Positions 21,762-31,587 of a stretch of 64,000 nucleotides of DNA are shown here, piece after piece. Made by a program: the position numbers and the translations under genes. Every line of letters begins with the position of its first letter. Within the stretch, counting starts at the first letter, position 1. The DNA is taken from IMG/VR virus record IMGVR_UViG_3300027770_001980, positions 1 to 64,000 of that record. One strand, given 5' to 3'. The notes under the pieces were generated by a model, which was not told the DNA's origin, made no database searches, and saw nothing but the letters and a program-made list of their open reading frames with translations.

Positions 21762-22222
21762 TGCCAAAATTGTATATGTTGGTTGGAGTGCCGTGTTCCG
21801 GTAAAAGTTCGTGGCATTGTGATCAAGAATGGCTGCAGGATGCTGCTTATATCTCCACAGATCGCTATGTTGAAGAATACGCTAAGAATGCAGGCAAGAC
21901 CTACAGCGAAGTCTTTAAAGAAGTCATGCCCGAATGCGTGAAATACATGACCGGAGATGTTGTCCATGCCCGTGAAGCAGGGCAAGATATCGTTTGGGAT
22001 CAGACCAGCACCACTGTGGCGAGTCGTGCTCGTAAGTTCAAGATGTTGCCCGATTACTATTCTATCGCAGTGGTATTCCGTACCCCTCCTCGAGATGAAT
22101 TGGATGTGCGACTGTCAGGCCGTCCTGGCAAGCATATTCCAAAATCGGTCATCGACAGCATGATCGAAGGATGGGAAGAACCCTCTATGGACGAAGGCTT
22201 TAAGGAAATTTGGTATGTCTAA
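21761..22222 (+). CDS. P-loop kinase (AAA_33 / polynucleotide kinase-like)
   Basis: LYMLVGVPCSGKSSW, ISTD, WDQT, R...R lid. Confidence 0.8.
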   Translation: MPKLYMLVGVPCSGKSSWHCDQEWLQDAAYISTDRYVEEYAKNAGKTYSEVFKEVMPECVKYMTGDVVHAREAGQDIVWDQTSTTVASRARKFKMLPDYYSIAVVFRTPPRDELDVRLSGRPGKHIPKSVIDSMIEGWEEPSMDEGFKEIWYV

Positions 22223-22472
22223 AGCAGAAATCGTACATAAAGACAAACTAGGACGAGTATTGAACATTGGAGATGCAGTTTGCTATCCGGATCGTAATAG
22301 TCTCGAGTTTGGAACTGTTAGGAAAATCAATCCCAAAATGATCACAGTTTGGGAAATGGGGTCTCACAGCACATGGTACACAGGCAGTAGAAAATACCCT
22401 CAGGATCTAATTAAAGTAGAGGGTCCAGAAGTTACTATGTATTTGCTCAAAATGAATGCTGCTGGCAATTAA
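22215..22472 (+). CDS. hypothetical SH3/KOW-like protein
   Basis: DKLGRVLNIGDAV pattern. Confidence 0.55.
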   Translation: MSKAEIVHKDKLGRVLNIGDAVCYPDRNSLEFGTVRKINPKMITVWEMGSHSTWYTGSRKYPQDLIKVEGPEVTMYLLKMNAAGN

Positions 22473-23287
22473 TGCCAGCTTGGATCATCTATAACGGTTC
22501 GACATAGTTGTCTAAATCCACCGCGTTGATAAGAAATATTATTCACAGTTAAATGATAACCTAACAACGTTTCTGGTCCAAGGTCTACTCCTCGATCATT
22601 ATACATTTTTATATGATTTACAAGATCAGTATATATGGTCATATTATCCGAGTTACCAAATGCAAATTGATCATTGATAGGAGTAGATGATCCATGCCAA
22701 TCGTTATCAGGCAGGATTATAGTATTAGGACCTAAATTAAAATTTCTTAAATCTACTTCATTTAATAATGCACTATCTGCCCTTGTCCTAATCACTAAGT
22801 CATATTTAAAATTATGTAATTTTTCATATTCGGTTCTTAGTTGATTCGATTTGAATATATTGTAGAATTGCGAAAATATCCTGCGAGGGGTATACCATTT
22901 CATGAGATCTGATTTTCCATACTTCTCGTATAACGATACCACATCCGGCCAGGTTTGACTTTCAACATCCGATATTTCAAATCCTTTAATAGAATTATTA
23001 GAAGGAAGGTGTTCTGTTATCTTATCGATAGCCCATTTTTTACCATAATTTGCCCACGAATTGGGTATAGTGCCGTGATGAAAACGTGGAGAGTTTTTCT
23101 CCCATTCCTCATCGGTATGTAAAGTGGGATCCCACTTTACTGTTTTATAAGAAGGATCGGGTGGTGTATAGTTATTAGTTAGATAACAAAACCAATCTGC
23201 TTGATCGTATCCTTTTAAATTATTTACAAATATACGAAAGTCTCCGGTGAATCTGGGTTCACCCGGTAATAAAATTGCTATTCTCAT
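22469..23287 (-). CDS. glycosyltransferase-like protein, paralog 3
   Basis: MRIAILLPGEPRFTGD...KYDLVIRTRAD...NDQFAFG. Confidence 0.6.
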   Translation of the reverse strand: MRIAILLPGEPRFTGDFRIFVNNLKGYDQADWFCYLTNNYTPPDPSYKTVKWDPTLHTDEEWEKNSPRFHHGTIPNSWANYGKKWAIDKITEHLPSNNSIKGFEISDVESQTWPDVVSLYEKYGKSDLMKWYTPRRIFSQFYNIFKSNQLRTEYEKLHNFKYDLVIRTRADSALLNEVDLRNFNLGPNTIILPDNDWHGSSTPINDQFAFGNSDNMTIYTDLVNHIKMYNDRGVDLGPETLLGYHLTVNNISYQRGGFRQLCRTVIDDPSWH

Positions 23288-23339
23288 GAAGTATTTAATT
23301 AAACACTATTCTTTCAATATAAAGTTTGAAAGTGTTTGG

Positions 23340-23368
23340 TTGACATCTAACGGTTTTTACTGTATAAT
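23340..23368 (+). promoter_or_regulatory. sigma70 promoter
   Basis: TTGACA-17-TATAAT; further TTGACA-17 promoters at 23989, 24776, 27865, 37260 and 63553. Confidence 0.75.
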
Positions 23369-23388
23369 AATAACATAAAGGAAACATC

Positions 23389-23979
23389 ATGCCAGCAGTA
23401 TTTTTAGTCAGTGACACACATTTTGGACACAAAGGTGTATGCCACTTCACACGGAATGACGGTGTGACCAAATTACGCCCATGGGATACGCCTGAGGAAA
23501 TGGACGAGGCCATGGTCAAGTCCTGGAACGAACGTGTGGGTCCCAAAGACAAAGTCTACCATTTAGGTGATGTTGTTATCAACCGTAAATCGTTGGTCAC
23601 CATGTCCAGATTAAATGGAGACAAGGTGTTAATCCGCGGCAACCACGATATCTTTCCAGATGATGAGTATCGCAAGTATTTCCGTGAATTACGGGCATAC
23701 CATGTGGTTGAAGGAATGATCATGAGCCACATCCCTATACATGAAGAATCATTGGGGAGGTTTGGTGTGAACATCCATGGTCACTTGCATGCCAACAGGG
23801 TCATGAAGCGTGGCCCAGCTGCTGGTGAATTTGTTACTCAAGTTGTTGATCCACGGTATCATTGTGTATGCGTAGAGCATACTGACTTCGCTCCTATCTT
23901 ATTTGAAGATGTTAAAAAGCGTATCGTCGATGAAGGTGGCGAGATTGGGTTTAGGAGCGGCAACGGTCCTACAATGTAA
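23389..23979 (+). CDS. calcineurin-like metallophosphoesterase
   Basis: SDTHFGH, LGD, GNHD, SH, HGHLH. Confidence 0.88.
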   Translation: MPAVFLVSDTHFGHKGVCHFTRNDGVTKLRPWDTPEEMDEAMVKSWNERVGPKDKVYHLGDVVINRKSLVTMSRLNGDKVLIRGNHDIFPDDEYRKYFRELRAYHVVEGMIMSHIPIHEESLGRFGVNIHGHLHANRVMKRGPAAGEFVTQVVDPRYHCVCVEHTDFAPILFEDVKKRIVDEGGEIGFRSGNGPTM

Positions 23980-24047
23980 ACAAGGTAGTTGACATCTTGA
24001 TAAAACCGTGCTATAATATTGTTTTAACTAAGCGATTTCGGAGTTGA

Positions 24048-24287
24048 ATGATGAACGAACGAATTAAACAACTTGCTCTACAGGCTGGATTTAATGAATA
24101 TATCAATGAAAATTTATGGCCTGAAGAACAACCTGAGTTTAATAACCTAATGGAAAAGTTTGCCGAGTTAATTGTTCAGGAATGTATTGATATTATTGCC
24201 CCTTATTCTGTTAGAATGATTAAACCAGGTGAAAGATACCTACACCCTATTCAAGAAATACAAAAAAATTTCGGAGTTGAAGAATGA
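24048..24287 (+). CDS. hypothetical protein (FGVEE family)
   Basis: EKFAELIVQEC...FGVEE. Confidence 0.65.
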   Translation: MMNERIKQLALQAGFNEYINENLWPEEQPEFNNLMEKFAELIVQECIDIIAPYSVRMIKPGERYLHPIQEIQKNFGVEE

Positions 24288-24541
24288 ACAAACAAATTCA
24301 AAAACTTTATGATCAGGCTGACAAGTTTGCCAAAGAGAATCGCACACAAAACATTGCTGCCCCAGGCAACAACTACTTTGAACTGTTTCACGAAAAGTTC
24401 GCCGAGTTGATTGTTCGGGAATGTGTTGACAGGGTAACATCAAAGGCAAATGGGTGGGGTGATATGACTGGGTTTGCGATCAAAGAATCTATCCTAGATT
24501 GTGCTAAAGATTTGAAAGAACATTTCGGAGTTGAAGAATGA
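24284..24541 (+). CDS. hypothetical protein (FGVEE family paralog)
   Basis: EKFAELIVREC...FGVEE. Confidence 0.65.
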   Translation: MNKQIQKLYDQADKFAKENRTQNIAAPGNNYFELFHEKFAELIVRECVDRVTSKANGWGDMTGFAIKESILDCAKDLKEHFGVEE

Positions 24542-24762
24542 TAGAAATTTTTATTCCCGTGCTGTTCATGTGCCTGAATGGCAACTGTGAGTTTATGCAG
24601 GCAAAGATACATTATCGCAACGAAGAAAAATGCAGAGAATCAATCGAAGAACAGAAAACCTATATGCTTACTATGGTCAAAAAGACCGGGAAGAAGGAAT
24701 TTGATGTTTTAGAGGGCACTTGTATTAATGCCAAAGTTGACGATATGAAAAATAAAGTATAA
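24538..24762 (+). CDS. hypothetical protein
   Basis: ORF with Cys pattern. Confidence 0.55.
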   Translation: MIEIFIPVLFMCLNGNCEFMQAKIHYRNEEKCRESIEEQKTYMLTMVKKTGKKEFDVLEGTCINAKVDDMKNKV

Positions 24763-24851
24763 ACACCGAAATCACTTGACATCATTAACTTTATAGTTTA
24801 TACTGGTAGATTGTTGATAACTACTTAACCGCTAACCAGAAGGAGGTCTTT

Positions 24852-25421
24852 ATGACTACTATCGAGCTAGAACGGGGAGAAAAAGATACAGGATCAGTCG
24901 CAAAAATACTCAATTGGGTGTTAATGATTGTGGCTCTTGTGTGTAGTGTATGGCTGCTAAACTGGGCAGTTGAAGATAAATTTTCCCGAAGTGATGTGCC
25001 TGAAAATTCTACAGTCACAGCAGAAATGCGAGAACGACAATTAGGTTGTCTTGCTAAAAATATATATTACGAAGCCGGAGGTGAACCTTTCGAAGGAAAG
25101 ATTGCTGTGGCACAAGTTACTATGAATCGTGTAAACAGCGGCCAATTTCCCGGCGATGTTTGTAAAGTCATTTACCAAAAGAATGTATTCTACGAAAAGG
25201 TAGTTTGCCAATTCAGTTGGGTTTGCGATCGTGTATCCGCATTTAAACCCGCTAATGGCAACAACTATGACGAAAGCATGGTTGCCGCACAGAAGGTGCT
25301 ATTAGAGGATTACCGTCTTCCGAGCCTGAAAGAAGCATTGTATTACCATGCTGACTATATAAACCCAGGGTGGAAGAAAGAGAAAGTTGCGAAAATCGGA
25401 CATCACATTTTTTACAAGTAA
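24852..25421 (+). CDS. SleB-like cell wall hydrolase
   Basis: TM anchor; CLAKNIYYEAGGE, VAQVTMNRV, CQFSW, YYHADY, IGHHIFY. Confidence 0.9.
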   Translation: MTTIELERGEKDTGSVAKILNWVLMIVALVCSVWLLNWAVEDKFSRSDVPENSTVTAEMRERQLGCLAKNIYYEAGGEPFEGKIAVAQVTMNRVNSGQFPGDVCKVIYQKNVFYEKVVCQFSWVCDRVSAFKPANGNNYDESMVAAQKVLLEDYRLPSLKEALYYHADYINPGWKKEKVAKIGHHIFYK

Positions 25422-25430
25422 GGAAATATT

Positions 25431-25757
25431 ATGAGCTCACCATTTTTGGATTATGTAGAACGCATTCCAAATAAAATCTATGTGTTTCTGGATGAACATC
25501 TTGGACACATCAGTGCCAGAACTTTGGGCTGGATCACTATCATCCTGCTACACTTTGCCAGTATTCCTACACTATTAGCAGTGTTGATGGCTAAAAGTGA
25601 TAGATTGCCTCCTATCGATCTAATGGTGTTTGTTTGGGCTGCTTTGATCACATTGTTCTTCAAGAGCTTGATTGAACGAAATACTTTGTATATCGCGACA
25701 ATCTGTATGGGATTTGCGGCACAGACTTTCTTGATGGGACTAATCCTTTTCAAATAA
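25431..25757 (+). CDS. membrane protein
   Basis: Three hydrophobic helices. Confidence 0.65.
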   Translation: MSSPFLDYVERIPNKIYVFLDEHLGHISARTLGWITIILLHFASIPTLLAVLMAKSDRLPPIDLMVFVWAALITLFFKSLIERNTLYIATICMGFAAQTFLMGLILFK

Positions 25758-25767
25758 TAAATACTTG

Positions 25768-26019
25768 ATGCAAATCAAGGAACTACTCGCCGAAAAGACT
25801 TTGCCCACACCCACTGCCAGTCAGTGTTCGATTGGGCATTCTCGTTTGAGCAATGTGCGTTATTCACAATGCGTCAGTCATGGATTATTGGCACATGACA
25901 GTGATCATACTGCTGGAACTGGAAAACAAGGTGTTAAAGGTTCCGGAGTGAAACTAAAAGGCAAAAAGATGAAAAGTGCTCGCCACGGTGGAACAGTCAA
26001 AGACTACAGCGGCAAGTAA
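25768..26019 (+). CDS. small basic protein
   Basis: MQIKELL start after TAAATA; K/G-rich tail. Confidence 0.55.
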   Translation: MQIKELLAEKTLPTPTASQCSIGHSRLSNVRYSQCVSHGLLAHDSDHTAGTGKQGVKGSGVKLKGKKMKSARHGGTVKDYSGK

Positions 26020-26388
26020 TCAATCGTCATCCATATTAAAGGTATCAACTGCCTTCTTCAACAATTCCTTGTGTGTTAGTCCAGCATATCTGTCATCCAA
26101 CTCATAGAATTTTTCTTCCTTGATATCGGGTAATTCAACACCCAACATCTCCATAAGTTCAAGATAACTGATTTCTTCACAGCGTAGTTGACTTACCCAT
26201 ATGCAGGTAATGAACATACACATGAATACGATTCGTTGATCGTCGACATAATTTTCATTACACCAATCTTGTGTTTTCTCAAGATAATGCGCGATGTCTT
26301 CTATGCGATCCTCTAATTGAGCAATCCATGCTTTAGTGTGTTCTCTGGACCAATAGTTCATACTCTGAAACTCTCTCCACATCCGCAT
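26020..26388 (-). CDS. hypothetical protein
   Basis: ORF downstream of iscA. Confidence 0.6.
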   Translation of the reverse strand: MRMWREFQSMNYWSREHTKAWIAQLEDRIEDIAHYLEKTQDWCNENYVDDQRIVFMCMFITCIWVSQLRCEEISYLELMEMLGVELPDIKEEKFYELDDRYAGLTHKELLKKAVDTFNMDDD

Positions 26389-26681
26389 CTGTCCCTCTCG
26401 TTAGGATTCTTGAATTCAAATCCTTCGTTAAGACCTTGTCTCACATAATCTATTTCCATATTTTGAAGATAGACTTCATGCTTGATATCAACTACAACAG
26501 CGAAGCTCGGTTGGATATAATTGATAACACCAGGCTCGGGCTCAAATTTATCGATGTATTCTAACACATAGGCCAGTCCGGAACAGCCTGTTGTTTTCAC
26601 TCCTACCTTGATACCAACCCCTCCACGCTGTTCTAACAAGCGTTTGATCTTATTCGTGGCTGCATCAGTTAGCGTGATCAT
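26358..26681 (-). CDS. iscA: Fe-S cluster A-type carrier (IscA/HesB)
   Basis: ITLTDAA, GCSGLAY, GFEFKNPN, CGCGESF. Confidence 0.92.
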   Translation of the reverse strand: MITLTDAATNKIKRLLEQRGGVGIKVGVKTTGCSGLAYVLEYIDKFEPEPGVINYIQPSFAVVVDIKHEVYLQNMEIDYVRQGLNEGFEFKNPNERDRCGCGESFRV

Positions 26682-27051
26682 GCTTTTCTCGATAGTCCTT
26701 TACCGCCGCTTTGATCGCATCCTCTGCAAGTATTGAACAATGAATTTTAACTGGGGGGAGGGCAAGTTCATTAGCGATTTCGCTATTTTTGATGCTGCCC
26801 GCTTGATCAAGACTCATCCCTTTAACCATTTCAGTAATGAGCGAACTGCTGGCAATGGCACTACCGCAACCGTATGTCTTGAATCGTGCATCTGTGATGA
26901 TACCATCCTTACCGACTTTGATTTGTAGTTTCATCACATCCCCACAAGCAGGTGCTCCCACCATACCTGTGCCAATTGTATCGTCGATATCAAATTTACC
27001 TACATTGCGTGGGTTTTCATAATGGTCAATCACTTTGTCGCTGTAAGCCAT
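26665..27051 (-). CDS. iscU: Fe-S scaffold protein IscU
   Basis: MAYSDKVIDHYENPRNVG, GAPACGD, FKTYGCGSAIAS, LPPVKIHCSILAED. Confidence 0.95.
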   Translation of the reverse strand: MAYSDKVIDHYENPRNVGKFDIDDTIGTGMVGAPACGDVMKLQIKVGKDGIITDARFKTYGCGSAIASSSLITEMVKGMSLDQAGSIKNSEIANELALPPVKIHCSILAEDAIKAAVKDYREKHDHAN

Positions 27052-27138
27052 AGTATCTTCCTTTTTTGTTGTATTGCCAAGGTATTTATAGTATAATAAA
27101 TTGTGGTACATAAATATATATGCTATCAAAGGAGCACT

Positions 27139-27864
27139 ATGGTCCCTACAGTCGATTGGTCATCGTTGGATCGAAAAGGCCTCGCCGAGTATATTTGGTC
27201 GCTGGCTCCGAAAATAATAAACCAACCTCTAAGTGTTGATCAATTCCACGGTATGATATATCGCCGTTTGAAAAAGCATCTTCCATTACGCATCACTAAA
27301 ACACGATACGATAAAGTAGAACCCAACACTGTATTCGTTGGTGGATGCTATTACAGCATATGGGACCAAAAGAATAAGAACTGTATCGAATTGTCATTGT
27401 TTTACAATCCCGTTGATAACCATTTAAAGATCAATGCCCGTAAATTTCAAAGAATATGCATAGTGATTGCAGACACAATACTGCATGAAATCATACATAT
27501 GAGACAATTCCGCAGACGTGATTTCAAAGATCTCCCAGATTATCCCAGCACAGCACGGAGAGCATCTAAACGAGAAGAACAGAGTTATTTGGGCAACAGT
27601 GACGAAATTGATGCATATGGATTCAACATAGCCTGCGATCTAATGGATAGATATCAACAAAATACCAACGATGTAGTCAAACATTTGAATCTGGATCAAC
27701 GAGACAAACGATTAAAATGTGACGAATGGTATATGTATCTCAAGGCATTTGATCACGATCACGATCATCCCATCATCAAAAAAGTAAAGAAGAAGGTTTT
27801 ACAATATCTACCAAATGCCATAATTGGTAAACCATATCGAGATCGGTATTGGATAAATCAATAA
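27139..27864 (+). CDS. putative Zn metallopeptidase-like protein
   Basis: HExxH (LHEIIH), YLGNSDEIDAY. Confidence 0.55.
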   Translation: MVPTVDWSSLDRKGLAEYIWSLAPKIINQPLSVDQFHGMIYRRLKKHLPLRITKTRYDKVEPNTVFVGGCYYSIWDQKNKNCIELSLFYNPVDNHLKINARKFQRICIVIADTILHEIIHMRQFRRRDFKDLPDYPSTARRASKREEQSYLGNSDEIDAYGFNIACDLMDRYQQNTNDVVKHLNLDQRDKRLKCDEWYMYLKAFDHDHDHPIIKKVKKKVLQYLPNAIIGKPYRDRYWINQ

Positions 27865-27899
27865 TTGACATAGTATAACATTCATGCTATACTGTTAGC

Positions 27900-28130
27900 A
27901 TGACATTTAAAACTCACCAAAGTCGGATACGAACTATTAAACCAGGTGATCCGCGATTTAACATTGTGGATAAATTTGTCACCGCTCCTCGAGCAGGATT
28001 TGAGATCAGTCAACGATGTCCGGAAAATTATCGTGACCTATTACAGGAATGTATTGGGCATGGTTGGATCAAACCTGTTGCTCATGTGCATGAGCGAGAA
28101 TTACTTTTTATGGGACTCAGTCAAGAATGA
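27900..28130 (+). CDS. hypothetical protein
   Basis: ORF after promoter. Confidence 0.6.
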   Translation: MTFKTHQSRIRTIKPGDPRFNIVDKFVTAPRAGFEISQRCPENYRDLLQECIGHGWIKPVAHVHERELLFMGLSQE

Positions 28131-28981
28131 ATATGCAGATGCCAGGCACCATGGGAGGTGCTAAACTAAACTTTGATAGACCAAAATACGATAGTATAGG
28201 AATTATAGGTCTAGGATTTGTGGGCACTGCCATCGAACGTTCTTTAGAATTTGATACAAAACTTGTCATCATGGATCCTGCCAAAGGCCATAATGCTACA
28301 TATAAAGATCTAATGGAATGTAGTGGAATCTTTGTATGTGTACCAACTCCGCAAGACGACGACGGTACTTGCGATACCAGTATAGTGGAGGAAATCCTAA
28401 ACAATTTATATGCTTGTAGATATCAAGGTGTCATTATCAGTAAATGCACAGCACCACCCGATCAGTATGACCTATGGAATCTACAACATCCCAATTTAGT
28501 TCATGCTCCAGAATTCCTTACTGCTGCCAATGCCAATGATGATTATGCGGTGGGCAAATTTGCTTTTGTTGGTGGCCGGGTTCCTGCTTATGTACGAGAG
28601 GCAGAAAGAATCATCCGCATGTCACAACGCAGTTTAGAAACCGTTGTTCATTGTACCGCAGGTGAAGCGGCAATGGCCAAATATGCCATCAATACGTTTA
28701 TGGCCACTAAAGTTGTGTTTATGAACGAGATACAAGAACTATGTTCTAAAACTGGCGTAGACTATAATCGGGTTGCTCATATGGTTGTACAAGACAATAG
28801 GATTGGTAAAAGCCATATGCAGGTGCCAGGGCCAGATGGTGCTTATGGATTTGGAGGTGCATGTTTCCCCAAAGATACCAGTGCCTTGTTGAAATATGCC
28901 GAACAGAATGGTTCCGTAATGAATGTTCTTGATGCAGCGGTAAAGAAAAATACAATACTTAGGTTGACGGAACCTAAATAA
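28127..28981 (+). CDS. UDP-glucose/GDP-mannose 6-dehydrogenase family protein
   Basis: GLGFVG, CVPTP, PEFL, AKYAINTFMATK, GFGGACFPKD. Confidence 0.9.
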   Translation: MNMQMPGTMGGAKLNFDRPKYDSIGIIGLGFVGTAIERSLEFDTKLVIMDPAKGHNATYKDLMECSGIFVCVPTPQDDDGTCDTSIVEEILNNLYACRYQGVIISKCTAPPDQYDLWNLQHPNLVHAPEFLTAANANDDYAVGKFAFVGGRVPAYVREAERIIRMSQRSLETVVHCTAGEAAMAKYAINTFMATKVVFMNEIQELCSKTGVDYNRVAHMVVQDNRIGKSHMQVPGPDGAYGFGGACFPKDTSALLKYAEQNGSVMNVLDAAVKKNTILRLTEPK

Positions 28982-29011
28982 CAATGTATTATAAAGCATT
29001 GGAGAATAAAA

Positions 29012-29815
29012 TTGACAGAAGAAAATAGAGTGTTTAAACCAGATCCGTTGTTATCAAACGAGTCTGAAGAGTTTGTTCCGTTAGAAGGACAAAGAATTTA
29101 TGTGAAGAAGAAAGATGCTCCCCAAGGTACATATCTTAGCACAGCCTTGCGAGAAAGGATGAAAACAGATGGTAAGAGATTCTGGGCAGGAGATAATGTC
29201 AGTGACTATATTACCGAATTGGACAAGGAACACCTGATCAACGAAGCAACAGCAGCATTTGAAAAGGTCTTAGATACATTGCTAATCGATCGTGAAAATG
29301 ATCCTAACAGCAAGGGCACGGCACGACGTTTGGCCAAGATGTATTTCAATGAAATCATGGCTGGTAGATATGAACCGGGTCCGGATGCAACCGCATTTCC
29401 GAATGATAGTGATGACAGATATGAAGGCATGTTAGTAGTTCGTAGTGAACTGAAATCCATGTGTAGTCATCATCACCAACCTGTTAGTGGTGTGGCTTAT
29501 ATCGGAATATTGGCCGCACAGAAGTTAATAGGATTAAGTAAGTATACACGCATCGCACAATGGTGTGCTAGACGCGGTACTCTACAAGAAGAACTTTGTA
29601 ACGACATTGCTCGTGAAATCATGAAAGCCACAGACAGCCAAAATGTTGCAGTCTATATCCAGGCCACTCATGGTTGCTGTGAGAACCGTGGTATAATGGC
29701 ACATAGTAGTCTAACCCAAACTACTGTATTGCGCGGCGCATTTAAAGATGATGCCAGCGTTAAGAAAGAGTTCTTTGACAATATCAAACTACAGCAAGAA
29801 TTCGCTCCGAGATAA
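29012..29815 (+). CDS. folE: GTP cyclohydrolase I
   Basis: SMCSHHHQP, GLSK, RRGTLQEEL, ATHGC. Confidence 0.95.
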   Translation: MTEENRVFKPDPLLSNESEEFVPLEGQRIYVKKKDAPQGTYLSTALRERMKTDGKRFWAGDNVSDYITELDKEHLINEATAAFEKVLDTLLIDRENDPNSKGTARRLAKMYFNEIMAGRYEPGPDATAFPNDSDDRYEGMLVVRSELKSMCSHHHQPVSGVAYIGILAAQKLIGLSKYTRIAQWCARRGTLQEELCNDIAREIMKATDSQNVAVYIQATHGCCENRGIMAHSSLTQTTVLRGAFKDDASVKKEFFDNIKLQQEFAPR

Positions 29816-29840
29816 AACCTAATAACATATAAGGATAAAA

Positions 29841-30605
29841 ATGAAAAAAGGTAAACTAAACATTCCAAGTCGCACCCCTATTGCAAATGCAGCTGGTGCT
29901 ATGCAACCACCATCCAGCTATATGCAAGCGGCAATGGGTCAACAGCAACAACCAATGCAAGCTCAGCGGCCATCCGGACAACGTCCAAGCGTTATGATCG
30001 CTGTTCCTGCTATGGAAATGGTTAATGCAGAATTTGCACAACATTTAGCAATGGCGGCTGCTAATATGGTTGCTAATGGAATTAAAATCAACTGTGCATT
30101 TAACATTGGATCAGTTATTACTATTGCTCGTCGTAATCTTGTTGATATCTTTATGAAATCAGACTTTGAGTATATCTGGTGGGTTGACAGTGATATGAAA
30201 TTTCCAATTGATGCACCATTACGTTTATTGAATCGTAACAAACCAATCGTAGGTGCTAACTATCGTCGTCGTCGTTTCCCTAATCCCAACTTCACCGGTA
30301 TGAGTGGTGGTGCAGGCACATTTACTGAATTTCAAACAACTGACAATAGTCCAGCAATGGAACTAATCGATGTTCTACCACATGGTATGGTATTGTGCAA
30401 ACGTGAAGTATATGAGAAGATTCCACAACCACATTACTTACAAGAATATATTCCTCACCTAAATCTCGAAATTGGTGAAGACATTTTCTTCTGTCAACAA
30501 GCACAGAAGGCAGGATATCAGTTGTGGTGTGATCAAGAACTAAGCCGCGAAATTGCACACATTGGTATTTTCCACTTTAACTACAACCTGAGTGTGCCTA
30601 AATAA
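29841..30605 (+). CDS. GT2-like protein with Q/P-rich N-terminus
   Basis: WVDSDMKFP, VGANY, GEDIFFC. Confidence 0.65.
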   Translation: MKKGKLNIPSRTPIANAAGAMQPPSSYMQAAMGQQQQPMQAQRPSGQRPSVMIAVPAMEMVNAEFAQHLAMAAANMVANGIKINCAFNIGSVITIARRNLVDIFMKSDFEYIWWVDSDMKFPIDAPLRLLNRNKPIVGANYRRRRFPNPNFTGMSGGAGTFTEFQTTDNSPAMELIDVLPHGMVLCKREVYEKIPQPHYLQEYIPHLNLEIGEDIFFCQQAQKAGYQLWCDQELSREIAHIGIFHFNYNLSVPK

Positions 30606-30619
30606 AAGAAAGGATTCCT

Positions 30620-30784
30620 ATGTTTGAATCTATTGAAATACGCAAAGTTAAAAACGGTGTTATCGTTACTTTGCGTAGCGACGACGATGAAGATCAAGAA
30701 TACGTTTATGATACCGATCGCAAGGCTATCAAATTCGTAAAAGATCTTCTTGACGTCAAAACTAAAGAGCAAGCCCCGGCTTGA
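30620..30784 (+). CDS. hypothetical 54-aa protein
   Basis: AGGA RBS; MFESIEIRKVKNGVIV... Confidence 0.6.
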   Translation: MFESIEIRKVKNGVIVTLRSDDDEDQEYVYDTDRKAIKFVKDLLDVKTKEQAPA

Positions 30785-30790
30785 TAAATT

Positions 30791-31276
30791 ATGACAGTTA
30801 AGAAAAAATATGCGGTAGGTGATACTGTTTGGATATACGGTATTAATAGACTTGATAACAAGTCTGTACAGGGTACTGTAATAAAAGTGTTTACCATTGA
30901 TTACGGCAACTATAATAAAGAGCCGAATTATCTTGTAGAAGTTCCTACCGAGATTGAACCATTGTTAGAAGTCCGTACATGGCATACTATTAGTCAAACC
31001 AAAGATGGCCATGTTGGCGGTATCCGTGATGCTTTTAGTAATACAGACGCTGCACATAAAATGTTGTTAAGAACCGGCGTGGCGATTATTTCAACAGATG
31101 ATGAAGTATCTGAAGATGGTACAGAAACTACCAATGAAGACGATATGTATGACGATGGACCAAGTCCTGAGCAAATTCATGCTGCTATGCTACGTTCACA
31201 AGAGTCCGGAACTGTTCCTCCCATGAGTCCTACCAAGTCATCTAAACGTCGATACTTTAAGAAAAAGAAAGTATGA
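30791..31276 (+). CDS. hypothetical protein
   Basis: ORF. Confidence 0.65.
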   Translation: MTVKKKYAVGDTVWIYGINRLDNKSVQGTVIKVFTIDYGNYNKEPNYLVEVPTEIEPLLEVRTWHTISQTKDGHVGGIRDAFSNTDAAHKMLLRTGVAIISTDDEVSEDGTETTNEDDMYDDGPSPEQIHAAMLRSQESGTVPPMSPTKSSKRRYFKKKKV

Positions 31277-31587
31277 CAACCGATCCATGGCAGCATATGC
31301 TTCGGCAACTCGAACCAAAATATCACAATTGGAAATATCTTTTGGAAAAGGATTCTGTTTTTGTAGTTAACATTCATAAACTTGGAAAGTTAGGATGGCG
31401 TATTCGAATTACAGAACAGAACGGGTTTACCTATCCCGAAGGGCTCGATGAATGTGTTGAATGGGCTACTGAACAATTAGCATCATGGCCCGACTGTAAA
31501 AAGATGGCATGGGATATGTGGGACTTTAAGCATCGTAGGGATGCTGAAAAATTTAAAACATTGTTTACATTAAAATGGGCAAGGTAA
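31273..31587 (+). CDS. hypothetical protein
   Basis: ORF, Trp-rich. Confidence 0.6.
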   Translation: MTTDPWQHMLRQLEPKYHNWKYLLEKDSVFVVNIHKLGKLGWRIRITEQNGFTYPEGLDECVEWATEQLASWPDCKKMAWDMWDFKHRRDAEKFKTLFTLKWAR

